Shown: positions 13,652 to 23,208 of the stretch, piece by piece | Layout: every line of letters starts with the position of its first letter | How positions within the stretch are numbered: position 1 is the stretch's first letter | Assembly: GCA_021813145.1 (NCBI GenBank) | Contig: JAKALS010000003.1 | Location: 6,114 to 70,113 of the forward strand | Direction of reading: 5' to 3' | Length of the DNA: 64,000 nucleotides | DNA from: a bacterium | GTDB taxonomy: Bacteria; Patescibacteriota; Microgenomatia; Levybacterales; UBA12049 | Program-made: the position numbers and the translations under genes | Notes under the pieces: model-generated | Told to the model about the DNA's origin: nothing | Databases searched by the model: none | What the model saw: the letters and a program-made list of their open reading frames with translations, nothing else

Positions 13652-14956
13652 TCAAACGGATTCTATAAGCTTATAGCCTCTTGTTTTTATTGTTTGTATC
13701 TCAAAATTGCCGTTTTGGTTCTTAAGTTTAAGCCTGAGTCTTCCCATAAGTTTGTCTATTGCCCAGTCCGATACCCCTGTTTCCTGTTCCTGGGGCCATA
13801 CGATTTCTATGATTTTTTCTCTTTCGCAAATTTGGTTGAGGTTGTCTTTTAAACAATTAAAAAGCAAAAGTTCTTTCTTACTAAGCTCCGAATATCCTTC
13901 TTTTTGCTCTTCCTTCTCCCTCTCTTTTACATGATATTCGAAAAGCTGATTAAAAATTTTAAAAATTTTTCCTTCTTCTTTTATAAACCCGCTGTTTAAT
14001 AGGTATTCCGCTTTTTTCTTATCCTCTTTCGTAAGTTTTTCCCTTTTTACAATTTTTAAGAGTATTGCCTGCTCGTCTTTGTTGAGGTTTTCCCAAAGCT
14101 CCTCGGACTGAAGCCTTATCCCTTCATCTGCCACAAGGTATTCAAAAAGTTTATTTTTGTCCTTTTTATCCGCTCCTTTTTCGTGAAGGAGTATAAGGGC
14201 AAGCTGTAAGTATCTGAAGTGCCCGTTGGAAAAGTCCAAAAGATAGTCCTCTATTTCATCTCCCAGTGTCACATCATATCTTCTCTTATAAGTATTTAAA
14301 ATTATCCTTTGGTCCGTTTTTTCCGCGGGTTTTATATACAACTTTCTGTATCCGACCAAAAGGGCCGCGTGCTGGAAAACGTCGGGAAAAATTCTTTCAA
14401 AAGGCAAAAAACTGGTAAACACATAAGAGAGCTGGTGATGAGTAGCATCCCTAAGCCCGGCAAGATTTGCAAAAAATTCCGGTGTAACCGATCCGATCAG
14501 CCTGTCGAACCTGATTAAAAAAAGGGTCGGTAAATATCCCTGATCAATTATTTTTTTTATGGAAAGCCTTACGCTGTCTAAAGTAAAAAATAAATCCTGA
14601 AGCTGAATGCTCTCCAAAAAAAGCTCGTTTATCTCTTTTTTTACAAAAGGGTTCATGGAAGACGCTTCAACTGCATCAACTATCCTTTTTAACGTAAGAG
14701 TCCAAAATGGCTGTATCTCGCTCTCGACTAAATCGTTAAGGTCCACGGGAATAAAAAAATGCTTCCCCCTTCCCTTTACGTATGTATCTTGAATTTCCCG
14801 TTTTCCGATAAAAAAATTAAGAAAATTACTTATACCCACCCTTTTTATCCCGAGAAGAACTACGGAGTGCCTGTGTTTTATGTGTGCTCCTAAATCTTCG
14901 GAGTCATTTTTTCTAAAAGTTACGGGGTAATTTGCTGTTCCAATCGATTTGTCCAT
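13652..14956 (-). CDS. Degenerate P-loop NTPase fused to an OmpR/PhoB-type winged-helix DNA-binding domain
   Basis: Degenerate Walker A GIKRVGISN; C-terminal IDKLMGRLRLKL...IQTIKTRGYKL (Trans_reg_C-like). Start set at ATG 14956. Confidence 0.8.
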   Translation of the reverse strand: MDKSIGTANYPVTFRKNDSEDLGAHIKHRHSVVLLGIKRVGISNFLNFFIGKREIQDTYVKGRGKHFFIPVDLNDLVESEIQPFWTLTLKRIVDAVEASSMNPFVKKEINELFLESIQLQDLFFTLDSVRLSIKKIIDQGYLPTLFLIRFDRLIGSVTPEFFANLAGLRDATHHQLSYVFTSFLPFERIFPDVFQHAALLVGYRKLYIKPAEKTDQRIILNTYKRRYDVTLGDEIEDYLLDFSNGHFRYLQLALILLHEKGADKKDKNKLFEYLVADEGIRLQSEELWENLNKDEQAILLKIVKREKLTKEDKKKAEYLLNSGFIKEEGKIFKIFNQLFEYHVKEREKEEQKEGYSELSKKELLLFNCLKDNLNQICEREKIIEIVWPQEQETGVSDWAIDKLMGRLRLKLKNQNGNFEIQTIKTRGYKLIESV

Positions 14957-15001
14957 GGTTTCCCCTATTTTAGATGTATCAAAAACTTTTATCAATAACG
15001 A

Positions 15002-15019
15002 TTTGTCAGGTTTTTGTCA
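15002..15019. promoter_or_regulatory. TTTGTCA direct repeat with 11-bp period (pho-box-like)
   Basis: TTTGTCAggttTTTGTCA upstream of the wHTH regulator. The second copy overlaps a minus-strand TTGACA. Confidence 0.4.
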
Positions 15020-15075
15020 AAAAAGAGTCTGTTCGCGGTCAAGCTGGTACAAAAAAATAAGGATATATTAATTTT

Positions 15076-15264
15076 ATGAAAAGAGTGGAAATTGAAACAC
15101 CGGGAGATTATTTAGGACACTGGGGAGACAATTCTTTTGCCAATAGCCTTGCGGCAGACAGGGCCTCCTTAAGGCCTTACTCAGAAAGAGATCCTAAAAT
15201 GCTTAAAAGTGAAGAAAGGCAAAGTCCTACAGAAATAGCGATAAGAGGAGGTGATAAAAAATGA
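15076..15264 (+). CDS. Small hypothetical protein
   Basis: 62-aa ORF with TATATT 6 nt upstream of ATG; ATGA overlap with the next ORF. Confidence 0.55.
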   Translation: MKRVEIETPGDYLGHWGDNSFANSLAADRASLRPYSERDPKMLKSEERQSPTEIAIRGGDKK

Positions 15265-15470
15265 AAGAACTGGATTTTCATGAGGGGCTTGGCCCCCATA
15301 CAACAACGTCAAAAGTACAGTTTGTTCCGGGAAGACCGGACCTAAATAGAGCAGAGGCGGAAAGAGCATCAATAGTCGAGGTGGATGGAAGACCGGCCCT
15401 GGACAGAGCTATAACGGTTAGGGGAAGAGAGGTTCCCGTCTATATTCACGGGCAAGTCCAGCAAAGCTAA
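15261..15470 (+). CDS. Small hypothetical protein
   Basis: 69-aa ORF preceded by a strong SD-like AGGAGGTGA and coupled to the upstream ORF. Confidence 0.6.
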   Translation: MKELDFHEGLGPHTTTSKVQFVPGRPDLNRAEAERASIVEVDGRPALDRAITVRGREVPVYIHGQVQQS

Positions 15471-15487
15471 TCTGCTATAATTCCCCC

Positions 15488-16105
15488 ATGGCTGACAGAA
15501 AAACCGCTTACGTTATTTTTAATCTGTTAAAAAAGAGATACCCAGATGCAAAAATTTCTTTAACCTATTCAAACAACTTTGAGCTTCTTGTCTGCGTAAT
15601 GCTTTCCGCACAAACCACGGATGCACAGGTAAATAAAATTACCCCCTGCTTATTCAAGAAATATAAAGGCAAAAATGAAACGGAAGAAATTGAAAATTTT
15701 GCAAATGCCAAATTAGAAGTACTCGAAAAAGACATAAATGCAATAGGGTTGTACCGGGTAAAAGCCAAAAATATCAAAGCTGCTGCACGGGTTATTCTAA
15801 AAAAATTTCAAGGTAGAATTCCAAAAACAATGGATGAAATACTAACCCTTCCCGGAGTAGGAAGAAAAACCGGAAACGTAGTTCTTTTTAACGCTTTTGG
15901 AGAAATAGAAGGGATAGCGGTAGATACTCATGTAAGAAGACAGGCAAAAGATTTGGGATTAACAAAAAATAATGACCCATTAAAAATAGAAAAAGATTTA
16001 ATGGAATTGTTCGATAAAAAAGATTGGCCGAAAATTACTTCCCTTTTGATCGCCTACGGAAGAGATATTAGGAAAAATAAGAAAAAAAGATTACTTTTTA
16101 ACTAA
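15488..16105 (+). CDS. nth: Endonuclease III (HhH-GPD glycosylase) lacking the Fe-S motif
   Basis: LSAQTTDAQVN, LPGVGRKTGNVV and AVDTHV. No C-terminal Cys cluster. Confidence 0.92.
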   Translation: MADRKTAYVIFNLLKKRYPDAKISLTYSNNFELLVCVMLSAQTTDAQVNKITPCLFKKYKGKNETEEIENFANAKLEVLEKDINAIGLYRVKAKNIKAAARVILKKFQGRIPKTMDEILTLPGVGRKTGNVVLFNAFGEIEGIAVDTHVRRQAKDLGLTKNNDPLKIEKDLMELFDKKDWPKITSLLIAYGRDIRKNKKKRLLFN

Positions 16106-18763
16106 ATCTACGCTTATTTCTTTGTCGCTGTTTAAATTTGTGGAATAAACGAGCCTGCTATCTCCCGCCTGACCGTCGGTTGTGGAAATGATTTTATACG
16201 AAGAGGGATATGTAAGAGAAAAATCGAAGGGATAAGTGTCTGTACCCGGCTGTTTAAATACTTTAAGATCATAGGTGATTTCGGGAGAAGAAACTTGGAC
16301 TTGTTCGGGCATAGAATAATCAAGCTCTATTGTCTGCAGTGAATTTACGGGAACTATAGTCAAAAATCCGTATATGGTTTTGCCGTCCTGGTTATAGCTC
16401 TCCACCTCAAGCCCGCCCGGGGGGACAAAATTAGTATTTTCATATACCTGGGGATTTGTAACCGCGTTAACAATTTTTTGAGATTGTCCGTTTATTTTAA
16501 TTTCCGAAACCGTCGCGCCCAGAGGAAGAATAAACCTCAGATAATCCTTGTAGATGCCGCCCGGCCAGATATTATCCGTATTTGTATTTTTATAAGCAAC
16601 CGTTATGCTTCCCTCCACGTTTCCCTTATCGTCTATATTAACTACCTCTGATTCGCTTCTTCTTATAAAATAATTATCCTTGTTGATCCCTAAGTTTGCC
16701 TCATTGATTCCGATAAAATCGTTTACCGCCGTAGGGCTTTGTTTCCTGTCATCCCAGATAGCCGAGGACCATCCGTTAACGGTAAAAAGGTTCTGTATGC
16801 TTGAATTGTCAAAAGCAAAAAGAATGTGCTTTTGGGAAAGGGAATCCCCCACCGCTTTTGCCAGAGCAAGATAAGAAATGCCTTTTTGTGAAGAAATTTT
16901 GTTTTCCATAGCGTTTAAAAGAGCTCTCAAAAAATCTTTTTTTTGGGTCGAACCCGGAAAAAAATTTTTTTCGGCATGAGACTCGGTCAACTGAAAAACA
17001 TTATCCGCATTTACAGTCTGTTTATATTCCGGAACGTAAATGTTCCCCATGGCAGACAAAATATTTTTTACAAAACTCAAATCTACGCCTATTACTCCAT
17101 TTACCATTTCGCCTTTTTCGATGTTTAAAAAGTTCGCAGCCTGTGCCGCAGAATCGACAAAATTAACATTAAAATTGCTGTCCCTAAGATACCAGTCTTT
17201 GGATGCCATATATCTTCTTATTGCGAAAGGCGGCTCGATATGTCCCTTAAGCTGACCGTCTGCATCATATACGTCATAAATTTTAAAGCTTGTTATCCTC
17301 CCGTTATCAAGAGCGAGAATCCCGTAAGAGCCTATAAATCCCCCTCCGGGCCTTAATTCCATATTGTTTTGAAATAAAACCATGTATGTTCTTTTTCCGT
17401 TATACCCCAAAACATCCGGCCATATGCTTATCGTATTTGAAGCAAACTGAACCAATGGATCTATTTTTTCCGTAAGGCCGGAAAAGTCTTGGCCTTGGGC
17501 TTTTTCTTTTTCAAATATAACAATTGCGTTTTTTAAATTATTCGACGCATCCGTAAAATTGGACGATGCCTGAGAAGGACTGCTTTTTAAGGCAGCCATT
17601 AAATATTTCGACGCTTCGATAAGATAAATTCCGGCAGTTGAAAGATTTTTTCCCATACCGACATCGTTGTTTATCCCTGAAAAGATATTGGGTTGTCCTA
17701 TCAGCTGTCCCTGCGAGTAAAGAATAATTGATCCTCCCTGAGCTAATGCAAAGAGCTTATTCGAATAGATAACGTCTTTTTCTGCCTCGGGTAATTTGCC
17801 TTTGTCTATAGAGTTTTTTGCGGACTCTAAGTATCTTAAGCCAAGGTAGGAAAATCCGAGGGTTGTTATAAGCGGAAGCAAAAGAAAAAAACCGATACAA
17901 AAAACAAGCCAAAGAAAAGGAAGAAAAAACCGTCCTCTTTTTTCTTTTTCCATTTTAATAGCCTCCGGGACAACAGGATTATCCTTAAGCTCAATCTTTT
18001 TTACCCTCTCCTCCAGAGGATAATTTTCAAAAAAATAAACCCCTTCGGGATAAAAGACATAATTGTCTTGTTTGACTTTTTTTTCTTTTATAAAATCTAT
18101 AGAAACGGATGGATTGTGTTTTTGTATCATGTGGGCAAGGGTAATGTTTGCTACCCCGTGTTTTGGAAAAAGATAAAACAGGTTTCTTGAATTGGCTTCG
18201 CCAAAAACAGCCTCAAATATCCCCGTGACTAAGTCTTCGGCGAAAATAGGAAAAGAGAGTCCCGTACCGTCTCCGGGGATCGTAATTTTTCCCGTATTTT
18301 CAGCTTCATATATAAATTTATTGATAACCGTTTCCCGATCATAAATTATGTCCTTAAAAAATACGTCCCCGAAAATTATTACCTTCACGCTCGGATAGGC
18401 ACTCATTAGCCCCCGCACATATATCTGGCTCATGTTATCTATATGTGTTGCAAACAAAAATACCCCTTTATCCGACTGTGCCTTTTTTACAAAACTCGGT
18501 AGGGAGTCTTTGGTTGACTTTGTTTTGTCGTCCACAACAAAAATATATGAGTAAGTATTATCGGGGATTGTTGGTATTTTTTTAAAAAATGGAATATGAA
18601 CAACGTTGTCCGTTGTTGACGGTTGTTTTTGACTGACAAAAACAACAAGGGATTCATCCTTTAGCCGTTTTACAAGTAAATCCCCTATTATCCCTACCCT
18701 GTCTACTATTAAAATTGGGCTTTCCTCGTTCTTTTGGGAAGTAATAAAAGAAGATCTTGCCAC
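16091..18763 (-). CDS. DUF4012 domain membrane-anchored protein with SDR-like N-terminus
   Basis: FQNNMELRPGGGFIGSY, LRDSN, NEANLGINK and KQPG, all DUF4012 hallmarks; one TM helix at about aa 280-305. Confidence 0.85.
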   Translation of the reverse strand: MARSSFITSQKNEESPILIVDRVGIIGDLLVKRLKDESLVVFVSQKQPSTTDNVVHIPFFKKIPTIPDNTYSYIFVVDDKTKSTKDSLPSFVKKAQSDKGVFLFATHIDNMSQIYVRGLMSAYPSVKVIIFGDVFFKDIIYDRETVINKFIYEAENTGKITIPGDGTGLSFPIFAEDLVTGIFEAVFGEANSRNLFYLFPKHGVANITLAHMIQKHNPSVSIDFIKEKKVKQDNYVFYPEGVYFFENYPLEERVKKIELKDNPVVPEAIKMEKEKRGRFFLPFLWLVFCIGFFLLLPLITTLGFSYLGLRYLESAKNSIDKGKLPEAEKDVIYSNKLFALAQGGSIILYSQGQLIGQPNIFSGINNDVGMGKNLSTAGIYLIEASKYLMAALKSSPSQASSNFTDASNNLKNAIVIFEKEKAQGQDFSGLTEKIDPLVQFASNTISIWPDVLGYNGKRTYMVLFQNNMELRPGGGFIGSYGILALDNGRITSFKIYDVYDADGQLKGHIEPPFAIRRYMASKDWYLRDSNFNVNFVDSAAQAANFLNIEKGEMVNGVIGVDLSFVKNILSAMGNIYVPEYKQTVNADNVFQLTESHAEKNFFPGSTQKKDFLRALLNAMENKISSQKGISYLALAKAVGDSLSQKHILFAFDNSSIQNLFTVNGWSSAIWDDRKQSPTAVNDFIGINEANLGINKDNYFIRRSESEVVNIDDKGNVEGSITVAYKNTNTDNIWPGGIYKDYLRFILPLGATVSEIKINGQSQKIVNAVTNPQVYENTNFVPPGGLEVESYNQDGKTIYGFLTIVPVNSLQTIELDYSMPEQVQVSSPEITYDLKVFKQPGTDTYPFDFSLTYPSSYKIISTTDGQAGDSRLVYSTNLNSDKEISVDLVKK

Positions 18764-18781
18764 AAATTAATTGTAGGAACT

Positions 18782-19201
18782 CTAGATGAGGTTGTCCAGA
18801 GCTAAATTCACCAACTCGTCGGCTTTTTTATTGGATTCTCTTGGAACATGATGCCATTCAATGGGAACTTCCACCTTAGAGATTTTTTCCTTAACGGTAT
18901 AAATAAGTTCTCTTATGTGCTCCGTTTTAACTTTGTATACTCCTATTATCTGGGAATAAACAAGCTGGGAGTCGAGATTAAAGATTATTTTTGAAATCTT
19001 TAAGCCTTGCTTATTTGCTATAACCCAGTTCAAGGCTTCAATAACCGCCAAATATTCCGCCACATTGTTCGTGGTATTTCCTATTCTTTTTCCTATTCCC
19101 GCAAGTTTTTTTCCGCTATTATCCGCTATGTAAACACCCAGCGCTGCGGGACCCGGATTTCCCCTTGCTCCTCCATCTGTATTTATATGTATTTCATTCA
19201 T
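18782..19201 (-). CDS. rnhA: Ribonuclease HI family protein
   Basis: TDGGARGNPGPAA, TNNVAEY, DSQLV and HVPRESNKKADELVN. Confidence 0.92.
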   Translation of the reverse strand: MNEIHINTDGGARGNPGPAALGVYIADNSGKKLAGIGKRIGNTTNNVAEYLAVIEALNWVIANKQGLKISKIIFNLDSQLVYSQIIGVYKVKTEHIRELIYTVKEKISKVEVPIEWHHVPRESNKKADELVNLALDNLI

Positions 19202-20444
19202 TTTCTCGTTCCTTTTCTAAAAAAATTTTAATAGAAAATACTTTAAATGCCAATAGGACAAAAACTCCCCCCTCCGAAAGCCCCGTAATAACCGCGGACG
19301 CAAAATAAGAATATTGAGGAATAAAAATAAGATTCAATAAAATGTTTAATATTGTAGAGACACCGTAAACCCACGCCAGAAACTTCTGTTCTTTTAAGGC
19401 AATAAGTATCCACTGTAAAAAACTCGTTAAAAAGAAAAGTGGAACAGAAAGAAGAAGTATCCTAAAGGGCACTATTGCCGGAAGATAGTCCGATTTTATT
19501 AAAGATAAAAGGGGAGACAAAAACCAAAAAGGAACAACGACAAAAAAGGAAAACCCCAGGAAAATTAAAAAATAATGCGAAGTTATATTGAAGAATTTTT
19601 TAGTGTCGTTTTTGTTTGAAAGAAGGAACGGGTATAAAGAATTTGAAAGAAAAAGCGGAAGGGACAGTATAAAATCAAAAAACTTATAAGAGAGACCGTA
19701 TATTCCTACATCCCTTGTCGGCCTTAAGACAGAAAGCAAAAACATGTCTGCGCGGAAATATATTAAATTAAAAATTAGCATTAAGCCTATTGGGAATGCG
19801 GCAACAATAATTTTTTTTGAAAATTTGAAATCAAAGTCAACGGGAAACACCTTATTCCTTACATAACAAAGCGAAAGGCCGGCAGTGATAAAACTGCTAA
19901 ACGCGTAAGAAAACAATATAAACAGAAGGGGCATTTTAAAATAAACTAAAACTGTTATAAGTAAAAAATTAAACAGTGAACCCGAAACAGTCGAAAGAAA
20001 ATAAGGGAAATAATTAAGCCTTTTTTGAAAAAGTCCCCCCGTTGAATTAATTATCGACTGACTGAGTATGGAAAACGAATAAATAAAAATTCCCATCCTC
20101 ACAAGAGGAGAAAACCCAAGACCGGTCAGATTGTTAAATGGAAGAAAATAAGCGATTCCATTTGAAGCAACTAAAACAAAAAGTGCAATTACTACTCTTA
20201 AATAAAAAATCTTTTTAAAGTTTTCGTACTTATCGTTCTCCACCTGAAGATAAATAGCGTTAAGGCCCAAATCAACAAATAAATAAAATAGGGCGACAAA
20301 AGCTGTGGCTTTTGTAAAGTCGCCATAGCCCACAACCCCAAAACTACGGGCAATAATGACAGTAATTGCAAAACCAAGAAACGCGGTTATTGATTTGGCA
20401 AGAGTCTGATAAAACGTGTTTTTTGCCACTACAGAGTGGAACAT
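19194..20444 (-). CDS. Wzx-like oligosaccharide flippase (MOP family)
   Basis: ARSFGVVGYG, DLGL, RADMFLL..VGIY and LNILLNLIFIP; about 12 TM helices. Confidence 0.88.
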   Translation of the reverse strand: MFHSVVAKNTFYQTLAKSITAFLGFAITVIIARSFGVVGYGDFTKATAFVALFYLFVDLGLNAIYLQVENDKYENFKKIFYLRVVIALFVLVASNGIAYFLPFNNLTGLGFSPLVRMGIFIYSFSILSQSIINSTGGLFQKRLNYFPYFLSTVSGSLFNFLLITVLVYFKMPLLFILFSYAFSSFITAGLSLCYVRNKVFPVDFDFKFSKKIIVAAFPIGLMLIFNLIYFRADMFLLSVLRPTRDVGIYGLSYKFFDFILSLPLFLSNSLYPFLLSNKNDTKKFFNITSHYFLIFLGFSFFVVVPFWFLSPLLSLIKSDYLPAIVPFRILLLSVPLFFLTSFLQWILIALKEQKFLAWVYGVSTILNILLNLIFIPQYSYFASAVITGLSEGGVFVLLAFKVFSIKIFLEKERENE

Positions 20445-20459
20445 AAAATTATATTACCA

Positions 20460-21806
20460 CTATCCGATTTTTTTTGTAGAAGAAAGAAACGCTCCCATTG
20501 TCAGGGAAAAAAGTATTTGTCCCTGCTGAAGGGTAAAAAAATAATGGTCAAATAAACCGAGGGCGATTATTCCGGAAAACAGAATCAGAAGTTTTTTTTG
20601 TTTTCTAATTTTTAGAAAAACATAAACTACAAATCCGGATAAATATAAAAATCCAGGTATCCCCAATTCCGATAATGCCAAAAGAAAAATGTTATGGACC
20701 GGCTGGAGATAAAAAGATTGTTTTTGTTTTTTTTCAATTGACGGGAGATTAATTAAAAAATTATTCAAACCCGTACCGAACAGGGGATTATTGCCATACA
20801 TTTCCAATGAATCGTTAACCAGTTGTTCCCGCTGGACAAGGCTTTCATCGGAAAAGGAGGTCTGCGCAAATCTTTGAAAAACGGGAATGGTAAAAAAAGA
20901 TAGAACAATAAAGATCAAAATTAAAAATAAAAATACATAATTTATTTTTTTTAAAAAACCGATTCGCGTTTTTTTCCAAAAAAGAAAAATCAAATAAGAT
21001 AAAGCCGAACAGGCCCATACAAAAATTACAATCCTTGAAAGAGTTGCAAAAAGAGCAATTGTTCCGATTGCTAAAATTAGCCAAAGAAATAATTTTTTAA
21101 ATTTAATTTCGATTCGAGGAAAAATTAACAAAAGAGAATAAAGAGAAATGTATAAATAGGCAGCAAGAACATTGGGGTGGGGAAATGTACCATAAGGCCT
21201 GAGGACAAGTTGCCCATTTAGAGTTGCATCGGCAACTCCGGGGGTCTGAGAGTTAAATGATCTTTCTCCAAAAAAATAAAAAATTCCGTTTAACGACGAC
21301 TGACTAACATACTGCGCCAGCGAAAGTAATGATTCAAATAAAACCCCTGCAAAAATAGTCGAAAAAATAATCTTTTTATTCAGGTTTCTAAAATTTTTCG
21401 CGGTATAAAAAAATAAAATCAAAAACTCAAGAAGCTTAACCAATCCGTAAAGGCCGCTTCCGGGACTCTTTGACAAAGAAATACCTAAAATTAAAAATAA
21501 AAAGAGGGACAAAAATAAAAAAATTTTTATATTAAATTTAATTTTTATTTTCTTCCGGCTCTCAAAAATCCAAAAAAAACATAAAAAAATAATTATGAGA
21601 TCCGTAAAATAAAAAGTGGGGGAAAGGTAGTCTACCCTTACTCCGTAAACAAAAGAAAAATCTGGCCAAAAATGTTTACCAAGCTGTGTTGGCAAAAACA
21701 GAATGAGAAGATAAAAAAATATACGGGAAGGCCTATTCTTTTGGTTTAATAACCAAGACTCTGTCTTTACCTTCTCCGATAGATTCCGAAACAACCTCTT
21801 GGTCAT
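20460..21806 (-). CDS. O-antigen ligase/Wzy-like membrane protein (start uncertain)
   Basis: RPYGTFPHPN, TLSR, PLFGTGLNNF and PVHNIFLL motifs. Confidence 0.85.
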   Translation of the reverse strand: MTKRLFRNLSEKVKTESWLLNQKNRPSRIFFYLLILFLPTQLGKHFWPDFSFVYGVRVDYLSPTFYFTDLIIIFLCFFWIFESRKKIKIKFNIKIFLFLSLFLFLILGISLSKSPGSGLYGLVKLLEFLILFFYTAKNFRNLNKKIIFSTIFAGVLFESLLSLAQYVSQSSLNGIFYFFGERSFNSQTPGVADATLNGQLVLRPYGTFPHPNVLAAYLYISLYSLLLIFPRIEIKFKKLFLWLILAIGTIALFATLSRIVIFVWACSALSYLIFLFWKKTRIGFLKKINYVFLFLILIFIVLSFFTIPVFQRFAQTSFSDESLVQREQLVNDSLEMYGNNPLFGTGLNNFLINLPSIEKKQKQSFYLQPVHNIFLLALSELGIPGFLYLSGFVVYVFLKIRKQKKLLILFSGIIALGLFDHYFFTLQQGQILFSLTMGAFLSSTKKIG

Positions 21807-22188
21807 CTTGCAGTAATAAATGGACTACTCTTCTTTCCCAAGACTTCAAATCCGAAAGATATATCTCTTTATTTTGACTCAAGGCTTTTTCTTTTGTTTC
21901 AAGCGCCAGATTTTTAAGCCACTCTTCTCTTTTTTTCTTGTATTCTCCTATCTCTACGGAAACTCTTTTAAATTCTCCCGTTTGTTTTGAGAAGCACAAA
22001 GATAAAATAAGCTGAAGGGACTCGAGAGTGTCTCCATGGTAGCCGATGACTATTCCGCTGTCCTGTGTATTGAGGTTTATATCTATAGAGTCTTCACTTT
22101 GGGCAATTTCAAAGTCGCCCTCTATTCCCAAAAGCCCGAAAAGTTTTTTTGCAATGTCATGAATTTTTTTATTTTCTTTTTCCGCCAT
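21733..22188 (-). CDS. KH + R3H RNA-binding protein (Jag/KhpB-like, no N-terminal Jag domain)
   Basis: IGYHGDTLESLQ (KH) and ERRVVH (R3H); canonical position after yidC. Confidence 0.9.
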   Translation of the reverse strand: MAEKENKKIHDIAKKLFGLLGIEGDFEIAQSEDSIDINLNTQDSGIVIGYHGDTLESLQLILSLCFSKQTGEFKRVSVEIGEYKKKREEWLKNLALETKEKALSQNKEIYLSDLKSWERRVVHLLLQDDQEVVSESIGEGKDRVLVIKPKE

Positions 22189-22996
22189 ATATTTTATTAA
22201 CCCATTCTTCCAGACCGCCCAGTCCCGAAATTTTGTATTGCTGTATGATACCAAAAATCGTAAAAGTATTCCAGTATAAAGAAAGGCCTATCGGAAACGT
22301 ATAGGAAAAGAACCCTATCATCAGAGGAAAGATATAAAGGGATTGCGACTGAAAAGCAGTTGCAAAATCATCGTTTTTCTTTTTCTCTACGTCTTTTATT
22401 AACTCTTCCGGTTGGGGAGGTTGAGCAAAAAGCATTTTTGATTGAATAAACTGAAAAAGGGCCGTAAGAAGGGGTATTAAAAGGATCAGGGGACCGACCG
22501 TTGAAAGAAGTTGGGAAGGATTGCTTCCCAGAGAAACGCCAAAAAAATTAGGGTCCCATGGCTTACTAATTTTAAGAAAATTAAAATAAACTACTTTATT
22601 AATAATCGCCGGAGTCAAATGAACTATTTGTTGAAGCGTTCCATATAAGGCCCAAATAATGGGGAGCTGGACAAGAACAGGAAGACACCCGGCAGCGGGA
22701 TTGACCCCGTGTTCTTTATAAAGCTTCATTGTTTCCTGTTGGAGCATTTTTGCGTCATTTTTATGCTTCTCTTTAAGTTTTGCAAGGTGCGGGTTTAGTT
22801 CCTGCATTTTCTTTGAAGCCTTAAGCTGTGAAGTGGTCAGGGGATATAAAATAAATCTTATTATCACCGTTACTATTATTATTGAAAAACCCAAAGCATA
22901 AGGAATTCCGGCGAGGAACAAAACCTTATAAACTCCGACCAGAATATTTAACATCGGCCAGATAAAAACTTCGTTGAAAAATGAGGGATTTGTCAT
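22169..22996 (-). CDS. yidC: Membrane protein insertase YidC
   Basis: IRFILYPL, LYKEHGVNPAAGCLPVLVQLPI and GLSLYW. Confidence 0.95.
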   Translation of the reverse strand: MTNPSFFNEVFIWPMLNILVGVYKVLFLAGIPYALGFSIIIVTVIIRFILYPLTTSQLKASKKMQELNPHLAKLKEKHKNDAKMLQQETMKLYKEHGVNPAAGCLPVLVQLPIIWALYGTLQQIVHLTPAIINKVVYFNFLKISKPWDPNFFGVSLGSNPSQLLSTVGPLILLIPLLTALFQFIQSKMLFAQPPQPEELIKDVEKKKNDDFATAFQSQSLYIFPLMIGFFSYTFPIGLSLYWNTFTIFGIIQQYKISGLGGLEEWVNKIYGGKRK

Positions 22997-23208
22997 ATTG
23001 CGGGTTCTTTATAAAAAGGCTGGCATTTTAAAAGCCTTATAACGGCCATTTTTCCGCCTTCTATAATTCCTTTCTCTTTTATTGATATTTTTGCATACTC
23101 AGAGCATGTTGGATAAAACCTGCAGCTCCCTTTAAGCCCCAGGTTAAAAAGGGCAACGGCTATTATTTTTTGATAGAAATTGATTAAAGTCAAAATTATT
23201 TTTTTCAT
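22993..23208 (-). CDS. yidD: Membrane protein insertion efficiency factor YidD
   Basis: CRFYPTCSEYA...RLLKCQPF. Confidence 0.93.
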   Translation of the reverse strand: MKKIILTLINFYQKIIAVALFNLGLKGSCRFYPTCSEYAKISIKEKGIIEGGKMAVIRLLKCQPFYKEPAI

